63,005 nt of DNA, filler included, from Candidatus Eiseniibacteriota bacterium (GCA_043809585.1; 5 parts of 5 records of this genome joined end to end with filler, not necessarily neighbours in it), one strand, 5' to 3'. Shown: positions 27,615-37,537, counted from the whole stretch's first letter. The notes: generated by a model not told the origin, from the sequence alone. Made by a program: numbers and translations.

Positions 27615-28685
27615 CTACTCGCCGCAGAGCAGGTCCTCCGGGCCCTTCCCGAAGGAACGGAGGAAGTCGAGCCGACCCCGGGCCGCGCCCGAATCGATCG
27701 CCTCCGCCGCCTTGAACACCCCTTCGGTGAGGCTCCCGGCGTGGCCGGCGACGAGGAGGGCGACGGCGGCGTTGGCGAGCACCGTGTTCCGGTGGGGCCC
27801 CGGCTTTCCGTCCAGGATCTCGAGGGCGATCTCGGCATTCCGCTCGGGCCGTCCCCCCGCGATGTCCGCGGCGGCGACCTCCGGGAGGCCGAAGTCACGG
27901 GCGGTCACCTCGTGGCTCGTCACCGTCCCCCCTTCGAGGGCGGCGACGAAAGTGCGCCCGCCGAGGGTCACCTCGTCGGTCCCTTCCTCGCTGTGGACGA
28001 CCCACGCCGACTCCGACCCGAGCCGGGAGAGGACATGGGCGATCGTGGGGACCAGGGCCCGGTCGTAGACGCCGACGAGCTGGCACCGCGCGCCCGCCGG
28101 GTTCGTGAGGGGGCCGAGTACGTTGAAGATGCTGCGGACGCCGATCTCTTTCCGGGGGCCGATAGCGTGCTTCATCGCGCCGTGAAGGAGGGGCGCGAAG
28201 AGGAAGGCGATCCGCCCCTCGTTCAGGCAGCGCTCCATGTCGGCGACGGAGAGACGGATGTCGACGCCGAGGGCCTCGAAGAGGTCGGCGCTGCCGCACT
28301 CGCTCGAGACGGAGTAGTTGCCGTGCTTGGCGACGCAGGCCCCCGCCCCCGCGGCGACGAAGGCCGTCACGGTGGAGATGTTGAACGTGCCGATCCCGTC
28401 CCCGCCGGTGCCGCACGTGTCGAGGATCCGGTCGTGGATCGTCTTCATGCGCCGCGCCTTCTCGCGCATCGCCGCGGCGGCGCCGACGATCTCGTCCACC
28501 GTCTCCCCCTTCATGCGGAGGCCGACGAGGAGGGCGGCGATCTGGGCGTCCGTGCCGTGGCCCGACATCACCACGGTCATGGCCTCGCGCATTTCGGCGA
28601 CACCGAGATCGCCCCGCTCATGGACGACCCTCCGGATCGCCGCGCGAAGGGCGCCGTCTTTCTTTCCGGGTCTTTCGTTCGTCAT
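27615..28685 (-). CDS. trpD: Anthranilate phosphoribosyltransferase
   Basis: DTCGTGGD, FNIST, KHGN..VSS..GSAD, FNVLGPLTNP. Confidence 0.97.
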   Translation of the reverse strand: MTNERPGKKDGALRAAIRRVVHERGDLGVAEMREAMTVVMSGHGTDAQIAALLVGLRMKGETVDEIVGAAAAMREKARRMKTIHDRILDTCGTGGDGIGTFNISTVTAFVAAGAGACVAKHGNYSVSSECGSADLFEALGVDIRLSVADMERCLNEGRIAFLFAPLLHGAMKHAIGPRKEIGVRSIFNVLGPLTNPAGARCQLVGVYDRALVPTIAHVLSRLGSESAWVVHSEEGTDEVTLGGRTFVAALEGGTVTSHEVTARDFGLPEVAAADIAGGRPERNAEIALEILDGKPGPHRNTVLANAAVALLVAGHAGSLTEGVFKAAEAIDSGAARGRLDFLRSFGKGPEDLLCGE

Positions 28686-29248
28686 GAGATGTCGAGAAAG
28701 TTCAGCAGGATTCGCTTGCCCCGCACCGTCAGGATCGACTCGGGGTGGAACTGCACCCCCCAGACCAGGAGCTCCCGGTGCTGGAGCGCCATGATCTCCT
28801 TATCGGCGGTCCAAGCGGTCACCTCCAGGGAGGCGGGCAGCTTCGTGCGGCGCACCACGAGCGAGTGGTAGCGGGTCGCCTCGAAGGGGTTGTCGATCCC
28901 CCGCAGGATCCCCTTCCCGTCGTGGATGATGTGGGACGTCTTCCCGTGCATCAAATTCTTGGCGCGCCCGATCGTCCCGCCGTAGGCGGCCCCGATGCAC
29001 TGGTGGCCGAGGCAGACACCGAGGATCGGCACCTTCGGCGCCGCCTTCCGGATCAGCTCCACCGAGATGCCCGCGTCTCCCGGGCCCCCCGGCCCCGGCG
29101 AGATCACGATGCGATCGGGGCGCCGGCGGAGGACACCGGAGACGGAGATCTCGTCGTTCCGGTACACCTCGACCTTTTCGCCCAGCTCCCCGAAGTACTG
29201 CACGAGGTTGTACGTGAACGAGTCGTAGTTGTCGATCATGAGGATCAC
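28682..29248 (-). CDS. trpG: Anthranilate synthase component II (glutamine amidotransferase)
   Basis: IDNYDSFTYNL, ISPGPG, GVCLGHQ, RYHSL, QFHPES. Confidence 0.96.
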   Translation of the reverse strand: MILMIDNYDSFTYNLVQYFGELGEKVEVYRNDEISVSGVLRRRPDRIVISPGPGGPGDAGISVELIRKAAPKVPILGVCLGHQCIGAAYGGTIGRAKNLMHGKTSHIIHDGKGILRGIDNPFEATRYHSLVVRRTKLPASLEVTAWTADKEIMALQHRELLVWGVQFHPESILTVRGKRILLNFLDIS

Positions 29249-29260
29249 GCCGCGATCCCC

Positions 29261-30742
29261 CTATTCCAGGCCCCGGGCGGCCCGTTCGATCGCTTTCTTC
29301 AAGGCATCCGCCTTCTGAAGAGTTTCCTTCCACTCCCGCTCCGGCACCGAGTCGGCCACGATGCCCGCGCCGGCGCCGATGAACGCCTTCGTCCCCTTCA
29401 CCACGATCGTGCGGATCCCGATGCACATGTCCATCCGGTTCGAATAGCCGAAGTACCCGACGGCCCCCGCGTAGACGCCGCGGCGGACCGGCTCGAGCTC
29501 CTCGATGATCTCCATGGCCCTGATCTTCGGCGCCCCCGTCACGGTGCCGGCGGGGAAACAGGCCCGGAGCACATCGAAGGACTGGAGCCCCTTCTTGAGC
29601 CGCCCCGTCACGTTCGACACGATGTGCATCACGTGGGAGTACTTCTCGAGCACCATGAACTCGTCGGTCACGACGCTTCCGTACTCGCTCACCCGCCCGA
29701 CGTCGTTCCGTCCGAGGTCGACGAGCATCACATGCTCGGCCCGCTCCTTCTCGTCGTCGAAGAGCTCCCGGACGAGTTTCTCCTCCTTCGCCGGGTCCTC
29801 CCCACGGGGCCGCGTCCCCGCGATCGGACGCACTTCGATCTTGCCGTCCATCTCGCGGACGAGCACCTCCGGCGACGAGCCGATGATCTTCAGGTCGCCG
29901 AAGTTCAGGTAATACATGTACGGGGAGGGGTTGATCGTCCGGAGCGCCCGGTAGACATCGAACGGGTCGGAGCGGAGGACCGTCTCCATCCGCTGGGCGA
30001 GAACCGCCTGAAAAATGTTCCCGTCCCGGATGTGCTTCTGGATCCGCCCCACCTGCCGGCAGTACTTTTCCTTCGTGAAGGTGCTCCGGTACGGAATCGG
30101 CCCATCCGGCCGAGGCGCGAGCGGGAGCTGCCTCACCGGCTCACGGAGCCTCTCAATCAAGGTCTCGATCCGGTCGAGGGCCTCCCGGTACTCTTTCTCG
30201 AGGTTCGCCCCTTCCCCGGTGGAGGCGTGGGTGAGGACCTTCACGCTGTGGGTCAGGTTGTCGAAGACGAGCATGGTCCGGGCGAACATGAAATGGGAGT
30301 CGGGAATCTCGAGATCGGTCTTCGCCTTCGACGGAAGTTTCTCGAAGGAACGGACCCCGTCGTACGAGAGGTAGCCGACCGCCCCGCCGTAAAAGGGGGG
30401 GAGGCCCGGCACCACCACGGTCTTCGCTCCCTCGAGCACGCGCTGCACCGGCTCCAGCGGATCGTCCGCCTTCCGGCTCTTCGGTACGCCGCCGTCCCGG
30501 GCGACATGGGCCCGTCCGTCTCGGACGCTCACGACCCACTGGGGGTCGATCCCGATGATCGAATAGCGGGCCCATCTCTCCGAGACCTCCACGCTCTCGA
30601 GAAGGTACGAGTGGTCCCCCCCCCCGATCTTGAGGAACGCCGACACCGGCGTTTCGAGATCGGCGAGGATCTCCCGGTAGAGGGGCACGAGCGTGCCCTT
30701 CTTCGCGATTTCCCGAAACTTCGGCCACGAGGGAACGATCAT
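29261..30742 (-). CDS. trpE: Anthranilate synthase component I
   Basis: LLESVE, NPSPYMY, PIAGTRPRG, KERAEHVMLVDLGRND, AGTVTGAPKIRAM. Confidence 0.97.
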   Translation of the reverse strand: MIVPSWPKFREIAKKGTLVPLYREILADLETPVSAFLKIGGGDHSYLLESVEVSERWARYSIIGIDPQWVVSVRDGRAHVARDGGVPKSRKADDPLEPVQRVLEGAKTVVVPGLPPFYGGAVGYLSYDGVRSFEKLPSKAKTDLEIPDSHFMFARTMLVFDNLTHSVKVLTHASTGEGANLEKEYREALDRIETLIERLREPVRQLPLAPRPDGPIPYRSTFTKEKYCRQVGRIQKHIRDGNIFQAVLAQRMETVLRSDPFDVYRALRTINPSPYMYYLNFGDLKIIGSSPEVLVREMDGKIEVRPIAGTRPRGEDPAKEEKLVRELFDDEKERAEHVMLVDLGRNDVGRVSEYGSVVTDEFMVLEKYSHVMHIVSNVTGRLKKGLQSFDVLRACFPAGTVTGAPKIRAMEIIEELEPVRRGVYAGAVGYFGYSNRMDMCIGIRTIVVKGTKAFIGAGAGIVADSVPEREWKETLQKADALKKAIERAARGLE

Positions 30743-30836
30743 CGGGGCTCCATGAGGCGGCCCAGGGGGCCGGTGTCCGAACGGCTTGTCCCGTCACGAA
30801 TTGGGGACTTCAGGGTGCAACGGAAGCGCCCCGGTG

Positions 30837-31367
30837 TCAAGGGGATTTCCGTTTCCCCCCGGCGAGGGCGTTCCGGTGGGCCGCGCCGTAGAGGACGATC
30901 GAGAGGAGGAGGAGAATCGTGGCGGCGACGAGGGCCGCCGGGCGAACCGCCGGGGGGGCGGCGAGCCAGAGGAAGAGCGCGCCGCCGAGCGCCCCGAAAG
31001 CGACCTTCCCCGCGAGGTGGGAGGCGGGGACCGCTCCGGTCCGCCTCGCCACGAGGGCCCCCCCGAGGAGCAGGAGAAGGTCCCGGCCGACCACGACCGC
31101 CAGGAACCAGAGGGGGAGACCCCGCCACGCCCAGAGGGCGAGGGCGACCGCCGCGGCGAGCGCTTTGTCCGCCGCGGGATCGAGGATCCGGCCAAGGCCG
31201 CTCGAGGCGTTCCACCGCCGGGCGAGACATCCGTCGAAAACATCGGTCAGGAGCGCGGCGCCGAGAAGGAAGAGGGCGGCGCCGTCCGAGCCGGCCCAGA
31301 TGGCGAAGACGACGGGGAGGGCGAGGAGGGCCCGGGTGATCGAGAGGAGGTTGGGAAGATGACGCAC
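30837..31367 (-). CDS. CDP-alcohol phosphatidyltransferase (PgsA-like)
   Basis: LPNLLSITR, TDVFDGCLARRW..SSGLGRILDPAADK. Confidence 0.92.
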   Translation of the reverse strand: MRHLPNLLSITRALLALPVVFAIWAGSDGAALFLLGAALLTDVFDGCLARRWNASSGLGRILDPAADKALAAAVALALWAWRGLPLWFLAVVVGRDLLLLLGGALVARRTGAVPASHLAGKVAFGALGGALFLWLAAPPAVRPAALVAATILLLLSIVLYGAAHRNALAGGKRKSP

Positions 31368-31377
31368 GCCCCGGCCC

Positions 31378-33084
31378 TCAGCGCTTCTTGCCGCGCCGCG
31401 CCGCCCGGAGGATCTCCTCGGCGTGGGGAACGCTGACGGCGCGACGGGAGGACCCGCCGAGCATGCGAACCAGCTCCTCCACCCTCTCCTCCCCCTCCAG
31501 GGGGGTGACGGCGATCACCGTCCGACCCCCCTTCGATTCCTTCTCCACCCGGAGGTGCCGGTCGGCGAGACTCGCGATCGCCGGCAGATGGGTGACGCAG
31601 AGCACCTGACGCCCCACGGCGACTTCGGCGAGGGCCTCGCCGATCCGTTCCCCCACGTCGCCGCCGACGCCCGCGTCGATCTCGTCGAAGATCGCCGTGG
31701 GCGTGGGCGCCGCCGAGGCCAGGGCGCGCTTCACGGCGAGCATCACCCGCGAGAGCTCGCCCCCCGAGGCGACGCGGCCGAGGGGAAGGACCGGCTCCCC
31801 GGCGTTCGCGGCGAACCGGAATTCGACCCGGTCGACCCCCTCCCCTCCCCCCCGGCACGGGACCCCGCCGATCACGACGTCCCCTCCCGGGTCTTCCCGG
31901 CGCTCCACGAGGATCTCGAACCGCGCCTTCGGAAGGGCGAGGGGACGGACCCCCTTCTCGATCGCCCGGGCGAGGGTCTTCGCCCCTTTCGCGCGGAGAT
32001 CGGAGAGGGCGAGGGCGGCCGCCGCCGCCTCGGCCTCCCGCGCCCCCTCCACCTTCCGGAGCTCCCGAAGCATCTCCTCCCCCCCGTCGATGAGGGCGAT
32101 CTCCCGGCCGATCTCCTCCCGGTAGGCGACGATCTCCCCCACGCTCCGCCGGTGCTTCCTCTTCAGCCCGGCGATCGCCTCGAGCCGTTCCATGGCGCGG
32201 TCGAGGGCGCCCTCGGGTGCGTCGATGCGCTCCTCGAGCCGGTCGATCCGTTCCAGGGCCTCCTCGATCTCGGCGAGGGCGCGCCGGCACGCCTCGGCGG
32301 CGGCTGCGGCCTCTTCGCCGTGCCCCGCGAACCGATCGAGACGCTCCGCCGTCTCGCCGATCTTGTTCGTCGCGCTCCCGTCCCCTTCCCGGAGTTCCTC
32401 CCGGGCGAACCAGACGATCTCCCGGAGCCGCTCCGCCTCCTTGAGGAGTCGGACCTCCCCCTCGAGTTCCTCCTCTTCCCCCGGCCGGAGATCGGCGGCG
32501 TCGATCTCCCGCGCCTGATGGCGCAGGAAATCCTCCCGCTCCCTCGCCGACGCGGCCGCCTCCGCCGCTTCCGTCCGTGCCCGCCGCGCCTCCTTCAGCG
32601 ACCGGTACGCGGCCCGCCAGGCGGTCAGTTCCGCGGACGCTCCGGCGTAGGCGTCGAGGGTGCGCCGCTGAAGGGCGCGGTCGGTCAGGTTCTCCCGCTC
32701 CTGCTGGCCGTGGATGTCGAGAAGGGCGTTCCCGAGAAGCCGGAGCTTCTCTTGGGTGACGAGACGCCCGTTCACCTCCGCCCGTCCCCGGCCCGACCGG
32801 GGGATGCGCCGCTCCACGAGAATCGTCCCCTCGTCGTCCACGAGATCGGGATGAGGGAAGTCCTTCACCCCCGAAACATCGAAGAGGCCCTGGATCCAGG
32901 CGGACTCCGCCCCTTCCCGCACCGGGGGCCGCGGGCTCTTCCCGCCGAGGAGGATCGCGATCGCCTCGAGAACGACCGTCTTCCCCGCCCCCGTCTCTCC
33001 GGTGAGCACGTGAAGGCCCGCGCCGAACTCGACGGAGAGCCGGTCCACCAGAGCGAAGCTTTCGATGCGAAGTTCCCGGAGCAT
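31378..33084 (-). CDS. recN: DNA repair protein RecN
   Basis: LTGETGAGKT, DIHGQ, ASGGELSRVML, IFDEIDAGVGG, CVTHLP. Confidence 0.97.
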   Translation of the reverse strand: MLRELRIESFALVDRLSVEFGAGLHVLTGETGAGKTVVLEAIAILLGGKSPRPPVREGAESAWIQGLFDVSGVKDFPHPDLVDDEGTILVERRIPRSGRGRAEVNGRLVTQEKLRLLGNALLDIHGQQERENLTDRALQRRTLDAYAGASAELTAWRAAYRSLKEARRARTEAAEAAASAREREDFLRHQAREIDAADLRPGEEEELEGEVRLLKEAERLREIVWFAREELREGDGSATNKIGETAERLDRFAGHGEEAAAAAEACRRALAEIEEALERIDRLEERIDAPEGALDRAMERLEAIAGLKRKHRRSVGEIVAYREEIGREIALIDGGEEMLRELRKVEGAREAEAAAAALALSDLRAKGAKTLARAIEKGVRPLALPKARFEILVERREDPGGDVVIGGVPCRGGGEGVDRVEFRFAANAGEPVLPLGRVASGGELSRVMLAVKRALASAAPTPTAIFDEIDAGVGGDVGERIGEALAEVAVGRQVLCVTHLPAIASLADRHLRVEKESKGGRTVIAVTPLEGEERVEELVRMLGGSSRRAVSVPHAEEILRAARRGKKR

Positions 33085-33090
33085 GAGGGC

Positions 33091-33924
33091 CTACTCCCTC
33101 TTCCCCCAGGCGAGCTTCCGCCGGAGCACCTCGTGAAAGTCGGGTCCGCCGACGCGAACCAGGCGGGTCACGCGCTTCGCCGCCTTGAGCCGCACCTTCG
33201 CCTCCGAGGTGATGGCGTACGCATTTTGCCCGTCCACGGCGACGCGCATCTCCTCGCCCGGCTCGGTGAACTCGACCAGAACGTGCTCGGTCTCGGGCAG
33301 GATGAGAGGGCGGAGCCCGAGGGTGTGGGGGCAGATGGGGGTCATGACGATGACGTGGAGGCGGGGGTTCACGATCGGTCCCCCCGCGGAAAGATTGTAC
33401 GCCGTGGAGCCGGTCGGCGTGGAGAGGATCAGCCCGTCGGCGGTGTAGTCCGAGATCAAGCCTCCGCCGAGATAGGTCTTGAAGTGGCCGATACGGGTGG
33501 CCCCGGCCCGGGTGATCACGGCGTCGTTCAGTGCGTGGAAGAGGGTCTCCCGCCCCTCCTCCTCGATCGTCCCCTCGAGGTTCATTCGATCTTCGATCAT
33601 GAAGCGCCGGGCCAGGAGACGATCGAGGGCGTCCTCGAGGCCCGTGGCGCTCACCTCGGTCAGGAAGCCGAGGGAGCCGAGGTTGACGCCGAGGATCGGC
33701 GTCTCCCGATCGCCGACGATGCGGGCCGTCCGGAGGAGGGTGCCGTCTCCGCCGAGGCTGAGGACGAAGTCGGAGTCGTCGAGCCTCTCCCGCTCCAGCC
33801 CTTCCTGGTCGGCGCCGTCGTGGAGATAGACGTCCACGCCGTGCCGGCCGGACCAGCGGAGGACCGCGTCGCTCACCTCCGCCGCGCCCGCTTTCTTCTT
33901 GTTCACCACCAGACTCAGCTTCAT
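33091..33924 (-). CDS. nadK: NAD(+) kinase
   Basis: LGGDGT, GSLGFL, ALND, DGLILSTPTGSTAYNLSAGGP. Confidence 0.97.
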   Translation of the reverse strand: MKLSLVVNKKKAGAAEVSDAVLRWSGRHGVDVYLHDGADQEGLERERLDDSDFVLSLGGDGTLLRTARIVGDRETPILGVNLGSLGFLTEVSATGLEDALDRLLARRFMIEDRMNLEGTIEEEGRETLFHALNDAVITRAGATRIGHFKTYLGGGLISDYTADGLILSTPTGSTAYNLSAGGPIVNPRLHVIVMTPICPHTLGLRPLILPETEHVLVEFTEPGEEMRVAVDGQNAYAITSEAKVRLKAAKRVTRLVRVGGPDFHEVLRRKLAWGKRE

Positions 33925-33946
33925 GGCTACGAACCTTTATCAGAGC

Positions 33947-34837
33947 CTATTCGATGCGGTCAACCACGAACTGGGCGAGCGCCCCGAGGGCGCCCGCTTC
34001 CGTGTCGAAGGGGAGCGCTTCGATCGCCTCGGCGGCGAGGCGCCGGGCGATCTCCCTCGACCGGTCCACGCCGACGAGGGAGGGGAAGGTCGCCTTCCCC
34101 CGGACCTCGTCCTTCCGGAGTCGCTTCCCCATCTCCTCCGGGCTTCCCGTGACGTCGAGGAGATCGTCGACCACCTGGAACGCGAGACCGAGCTTCCGGC
34201 CGTAGAGGAGCAGACCCTCCTCCGCCGCCGGCGCGGCCCCCGCCGCCACGGCCCCCGCGAGGACCGACGCCGCGAGAAGGGCGCCGGTCTTTCGGCGGTG
34301 GATCTCCTCGAGGGCCCCCTCCGAACGAACCGGATCCTCTTCCGCGGCGAGATCGAGCACCTGCCCGCCGATCATGCCCGCCGTGCCGATCGCCTCGCCC
34401 ACGAGCGCGACGAGACGGGCCCGCCGCTCCGGGCCCACCCCTTCGGCCTCCGCGAGGAGCGCCATTCCCCGGGTCAGCAGGGCGTCCCCCGCAAGGAGGG
34501 CGAGGGCCTCGCCGAAGGCGACATGACAGGTCGGCCGCCCGCGCCGGAGATCGTCGTCGTCCATGCAGGGGAGATCGTCGTGGATGAGGGAGTAGGTGTG
34601 GATCATCTCGATCGCGGCGCCGACGGTGTCGATGCCGGGGGCCTCTCCCCCGGCCGCCTCGTGGGAAAGCATGACGAGGATCGGCCGGACCCGCTTCCCC
34701 GCCGCGAAGAGGGAGTGGGCCATGGCGCGGCGGACCGACGCCGGGCCGTCCTCTCCCTCCACGTCCAGATGCCGCCGAAGGGCCGCCTCGGCCCGCTCCC
34801 GGTACGGAAGAAGGAGGCGGGGAAGGGCCTCGCTCAC
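33947..34837 (-). CDS. ispA: Polyprenyl (farnesyl) diphosphate synthase
   Basis: GKRVRP, SLIHDDLPCMDDDDLRRGRPT, GGQ, KTG, FQVVDDLLD. Confidence 0.93.
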   Translation of the reverse strand: MSEALPRLLLPYRERAEAALRRHLDVEGEDGPASVRRAMAHSLFAAGKRVRPILVMLSHEAAGGEAPGIDTVGAAIEMIHTYSLIHDDLPCMDDDDLRRGRPTCHVAFGEALALLAGDALLTRGMALLAEAEGVGPERRARLVALVGEAIGTAGMIGGQVLDLAAEEDPVRSEGALEEIHRRKTGALLAASVLAGAVAAGAAPAAEEGLLLYGRKLGLAFQVVDDLLDVTGSPEEMGKRLRKDEVRGKATFPSLVGVDRSREIARRLAAEAIEALPFDTEAGALGALAQFVVDRIE

Positions 34838-35082
34838 TCCCCTTCCTCCGCGAAGGGCTCTTCTTTCGGGTTGCCGCCTTCCCCCTCGACAAGCTTCTTC
34901 ACCTTCAGCTCCGCCTCGGCGAGGGCTTTCTCGAGGGCCTTTACGAGGGTCGTCCCCTCCTCGAAGAGCTTCAGCGACTCGTCGAGACCCGCTCCCCCCC
35001 CCTCGAGGGACTTGACGATCTCCTCGAGCCGCCCGACGCTCTTCTCCCAGTCGATCTTCTCCTCTTTCTTCTTCGCGCTCAA
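34834..35082 (-). CDS. xseB: Exodeoxyribonuclease VII small subunit
   Basis: [16 protein letters not shown]...[11 protein letters not shown]...[11 protein letters not shown] start overlapping xseA stop. Confidence 0.93.
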   Translation of the reverse strand: MSAKKKEEKIDWEKSVGRLEEIVKSLEGGGAGLDESLKLFEEGTTLVKALEKALAEAELKVKKLVEGEGGNPKEEPFAEEGE

Positions 35083-35791
35083 CGCTCCTCTCCCTTCGCT
35101 CCTTCCGCCCATGCCTTCACGGTTTCGGCCTCCGCGCCCCCCCGCGCGAACCGGAGCTCGAGCCGGTCGCCCGCCTCGAGACTTCCGCCGTCGGTCACGA
35201 CCTCCCCCCGCCCGGTGCGGCAGATGGCGTATCCCCGGTCGAGCACTCCGAGGGGACTGAGGGCGCGGAGCGCCCGCTCCAGGCCGGCCACGCTCTCCTT
35301 CCAGCGCTCCCGCCGGTGCCGGAGGGCGGCTCCCATCCGCCGGGAGAGATCGTCGATCCGCTGCGCCTCCTCCCGGAGAAGCGCTCCGGGACGGGCGAGG
35401 GCGCGGCTCTCCCGGTACCTCCCGATCCGTTCCCGCCAGTAGCGGAGGAGGTCGACGGCGCGCCGCGCCATCCGCTCCCTCCGGTTCCGGAGATGCTCTT
35501 CCACCTCCTCCCGGGCCGGCGCGAGCATTTCCGCCGCCGCCGACGGCGTCGCCGCCCGAACGTCCGCGGCGAGGTCCGCGATGGTGACGTCCACCTCGTG
35601 CCCCACCGCCGAGAGCACGGGGATCGCCGAACGGGCGATCGCCCGCGCCACCGGCTCCTCGTTGAACGCCCAGAGGTCCTCGAGGGAGCCCCCCCCCCGG
35701 CCGACGACGAGGAGGTCGACCCCCCCGAGTTCGTTCATCCGGTCGACGGCCGCCGCGATCTCCGCCGCCGCCCCCTCCCCCTGGACCTTCA
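35079..35791 (-). CDS. xseA: Exodeoxyribonuclease VII large subunit, 3' part (5' lost in gap)
   Basis: [44 protein letters not shown]. Confidence 0.95.
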
Positions 35792-35891
35792 NNNNNNNNN
35801 NNNNNNNNNNNNNNNNNNNNNNNNNNNNNNNNNNNTTAATTAATTAANNNNNNNNNNNNNNNNNNNNNNNNNNNNNNNNNNNNNNNNNNNN
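35792..35891. other. Artificial contig linker
   Basis: N44-TTAATTAATTAA-N44. Confidence 0.98.
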
Positions 35892-36053
35892 AGTCATAAG
35901 AGCCTCCCCCCGGGCGCTACCACTTATCGCTCCTAGCCGTCGCGATAAGTCCAAGCGCCCGACGGGCCCCGTCGAGGAGGCGGCGAAGGAAAGGAGGCTT
36001 CGCAGGCGGCGATCCGAGATCGCAGTAGGAGATTTGTGCATAGTCCAGGCTAG
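35892..36053 (-). mobile_element. Family B element, left arm plus expanded central insert, truncated by contig end
   Basis: 35970-36053 is a near-identical reverse complement of 56118-56201; insert contains hairpin ACTTATCGC/GCGATAAGT. Confidence 0.8.
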
Positions 36054-36206
36054 GGCGATGAGAGCACGGGGACCTTTTTCCGGGACGAGGTGGTCCGGCA
36101 CGGCGCGCGCCGGTCCTGGAACGAGCGGATGGTCCGCGCCACCGGGGAGCCCCTGAATCCCGACGACTACGTGGACTTGTGGCTGGCGAACGGAAACCAC
36201 CGGTAG
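36054..36206 (+). pseudogene. 3' remnant of an M2/M3-type zinc oligopeptidase gene
   Basis: Startless frame GDESTGTFFRDEVVRHGARRSWNERMVRATGEPLNPDDYV begins immediately after the element end. Confidence 0.5.
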
Positions 36207-37537
36207 ATCTTCTCGGGCGGATCGCCGCGTTTCTCGAGGATCGCCCCGCCGGGGCGCCCGCCGAGGAAATCGCGGCCCGCTTCCTTCACATGGTCGAATT
36301 GCGTCCGGCCATGGCGGAAAGCGTCGTCGCGTCCCTCCTCGAAAGGGACCCCCGCTTCCGGCGCGGGCCGGGCCGTCTTTGGCGGGGGGCCCCTTCCGGT
36401 GGTGAGGGGGGCGGAGAACGGAACGATGCGGTCGCCCGGGTGTACGGCGCCGCCCGTCCGTCGGCTTCGGTCCCCGGCGCCTTCCGGATCGGCCTCGTCC
36501 GCTTCGAGGGGGAGAGGGAGACGGGGCGGGCGGTATTCGTTACCCATCGGAGGAGCGGCGCGCCTCCGCCGGAAGACGGGGCCCGTCTCCTCCGGGACGC
36601 CCGTCTCGTGATCTGGTCCGTGGCGGCCCCCTTCGCCTCCCTCCGGGATGCGGGTGGGAGCAACCCGGTCCGGCTCCGGACCCGGGCGGCCCCCTTCGCT
36701 CCGGACGAGGCGCGCCGGTCGCCCGACCGCCTCGCCCGCCACTTGGGCGCCGAGGTCGTGGAAGGGGAGAACGACCCCCTCCTCGACGCCCGCCTCCTCC
36801 GAACTCTCGATCTGCGACTTCGCGAGAGGGAAGCCGCGGCCGGCGGCCCCGCGGATGCCCCCGCCGACGACATCCCCTTCCTCCGGGAGGGGGGAGAAGA
36901 GTACCTGCACGCCCTGCCCGACTCGCCGGGCATCTACCGCATGCGGGACGACGAGGGGCGCGTTCTCTACATCGGCAAGTCCCGCTCCCTCCGATCCCGG
37001 GTGGAGAGCTACTTCCGCTCCTACTCGTCCCTCGCGGGGCCGAAGCGGGAAATGGTCCGGCGCATCAAGGAGATCGAGGTGATGATTCTCGGCTCCGAGG
37101 CGGAAGCCCTGCTCGAAGAGTGGCGGCACATCCGGCGGCGCCGGCCGCCGTACAACGAGAAGGTCGAAGTGATCGGGGACCCCGCCCGGCGGACGGCCGG
37201 ACGCAACCTCGTGATCTTTCTCCCCTCCACGGACGAGAAGAGCGTCACCCTCTTTCTCCTCCGGGCGGACGAGTCGATGAGGCGCGTCCGGGCCCGGCGG
37301 AATCCGAAAAAGACCGATCGGCTCGCCCGGGACCTGAAAGAATTTTTCGGGGGGATGGGGGGGGAGATGGAGCCCGGCGCGTACGTCCTTCTCTCCCGGT
37401 GGCTCGAGGAAAACCGGGACCGGGTGACCTATCTCGACGCCGACCGCGCCGGGGACCCGGACGATCTTCTCCGGATCGTCGTCGAATGTCTTCGGGATCC
37501 GGAGATCACTTCGGGGGCCCGTCTCGATCGCCGCTGA
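36179..37537 (+). CDS. GIY-YIG (UvrC/Cho-like) nuclease with degenerate N-terminal exonuclease-like region
   Basis: LPDSPGIYRM...LYIGKSRSLRSRVESYF...SEAEALLEE...PPYN. Confidence 0.85.
   Translation: MAGERKPPVDLLGRIAAFLEDRPAGAPAEEIAARFLHMVELRPAMAESVVASLLERDPRFRRGPGRLWRGAPSGGEGGGERNDAVARVYGAARPSASVPGAFRIGLVRFEGERETGRAVFVTHRRSGAPPPEDGARLLRDARLVIWSVAAPFASLRDAGGSNPVRLRTRAAPFAPDEARRSPDRLARHLGAEVVEGENDPLLDARLLRTLDLRLREREAAAGGPADAPADDIPFLREGGEEYLHALPDSPGIYRMRDDEGRVLYIGKSRSLRSRVESYFRSYSSLAGPKREMVRRIKEIEVMILGSEAEALLEEWRHIRRRRPPYNEKVEVIGDPARRTAGRNLVIFLPSTDEKSVTLFLLRADESMRRVRARRNPKKTDRLARDLKEFFGGMGGEMEPGAYVLLSRWLEENRDRVTYLDADRAGDPDDLLRIVVECLRDPEITSGARLDRR

Noticed and set aside
30743-30836. trp attenuator or leader peptide
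   Set aside because: No Trp-codon-rich short ORF or terminator/antiterminator pair visible
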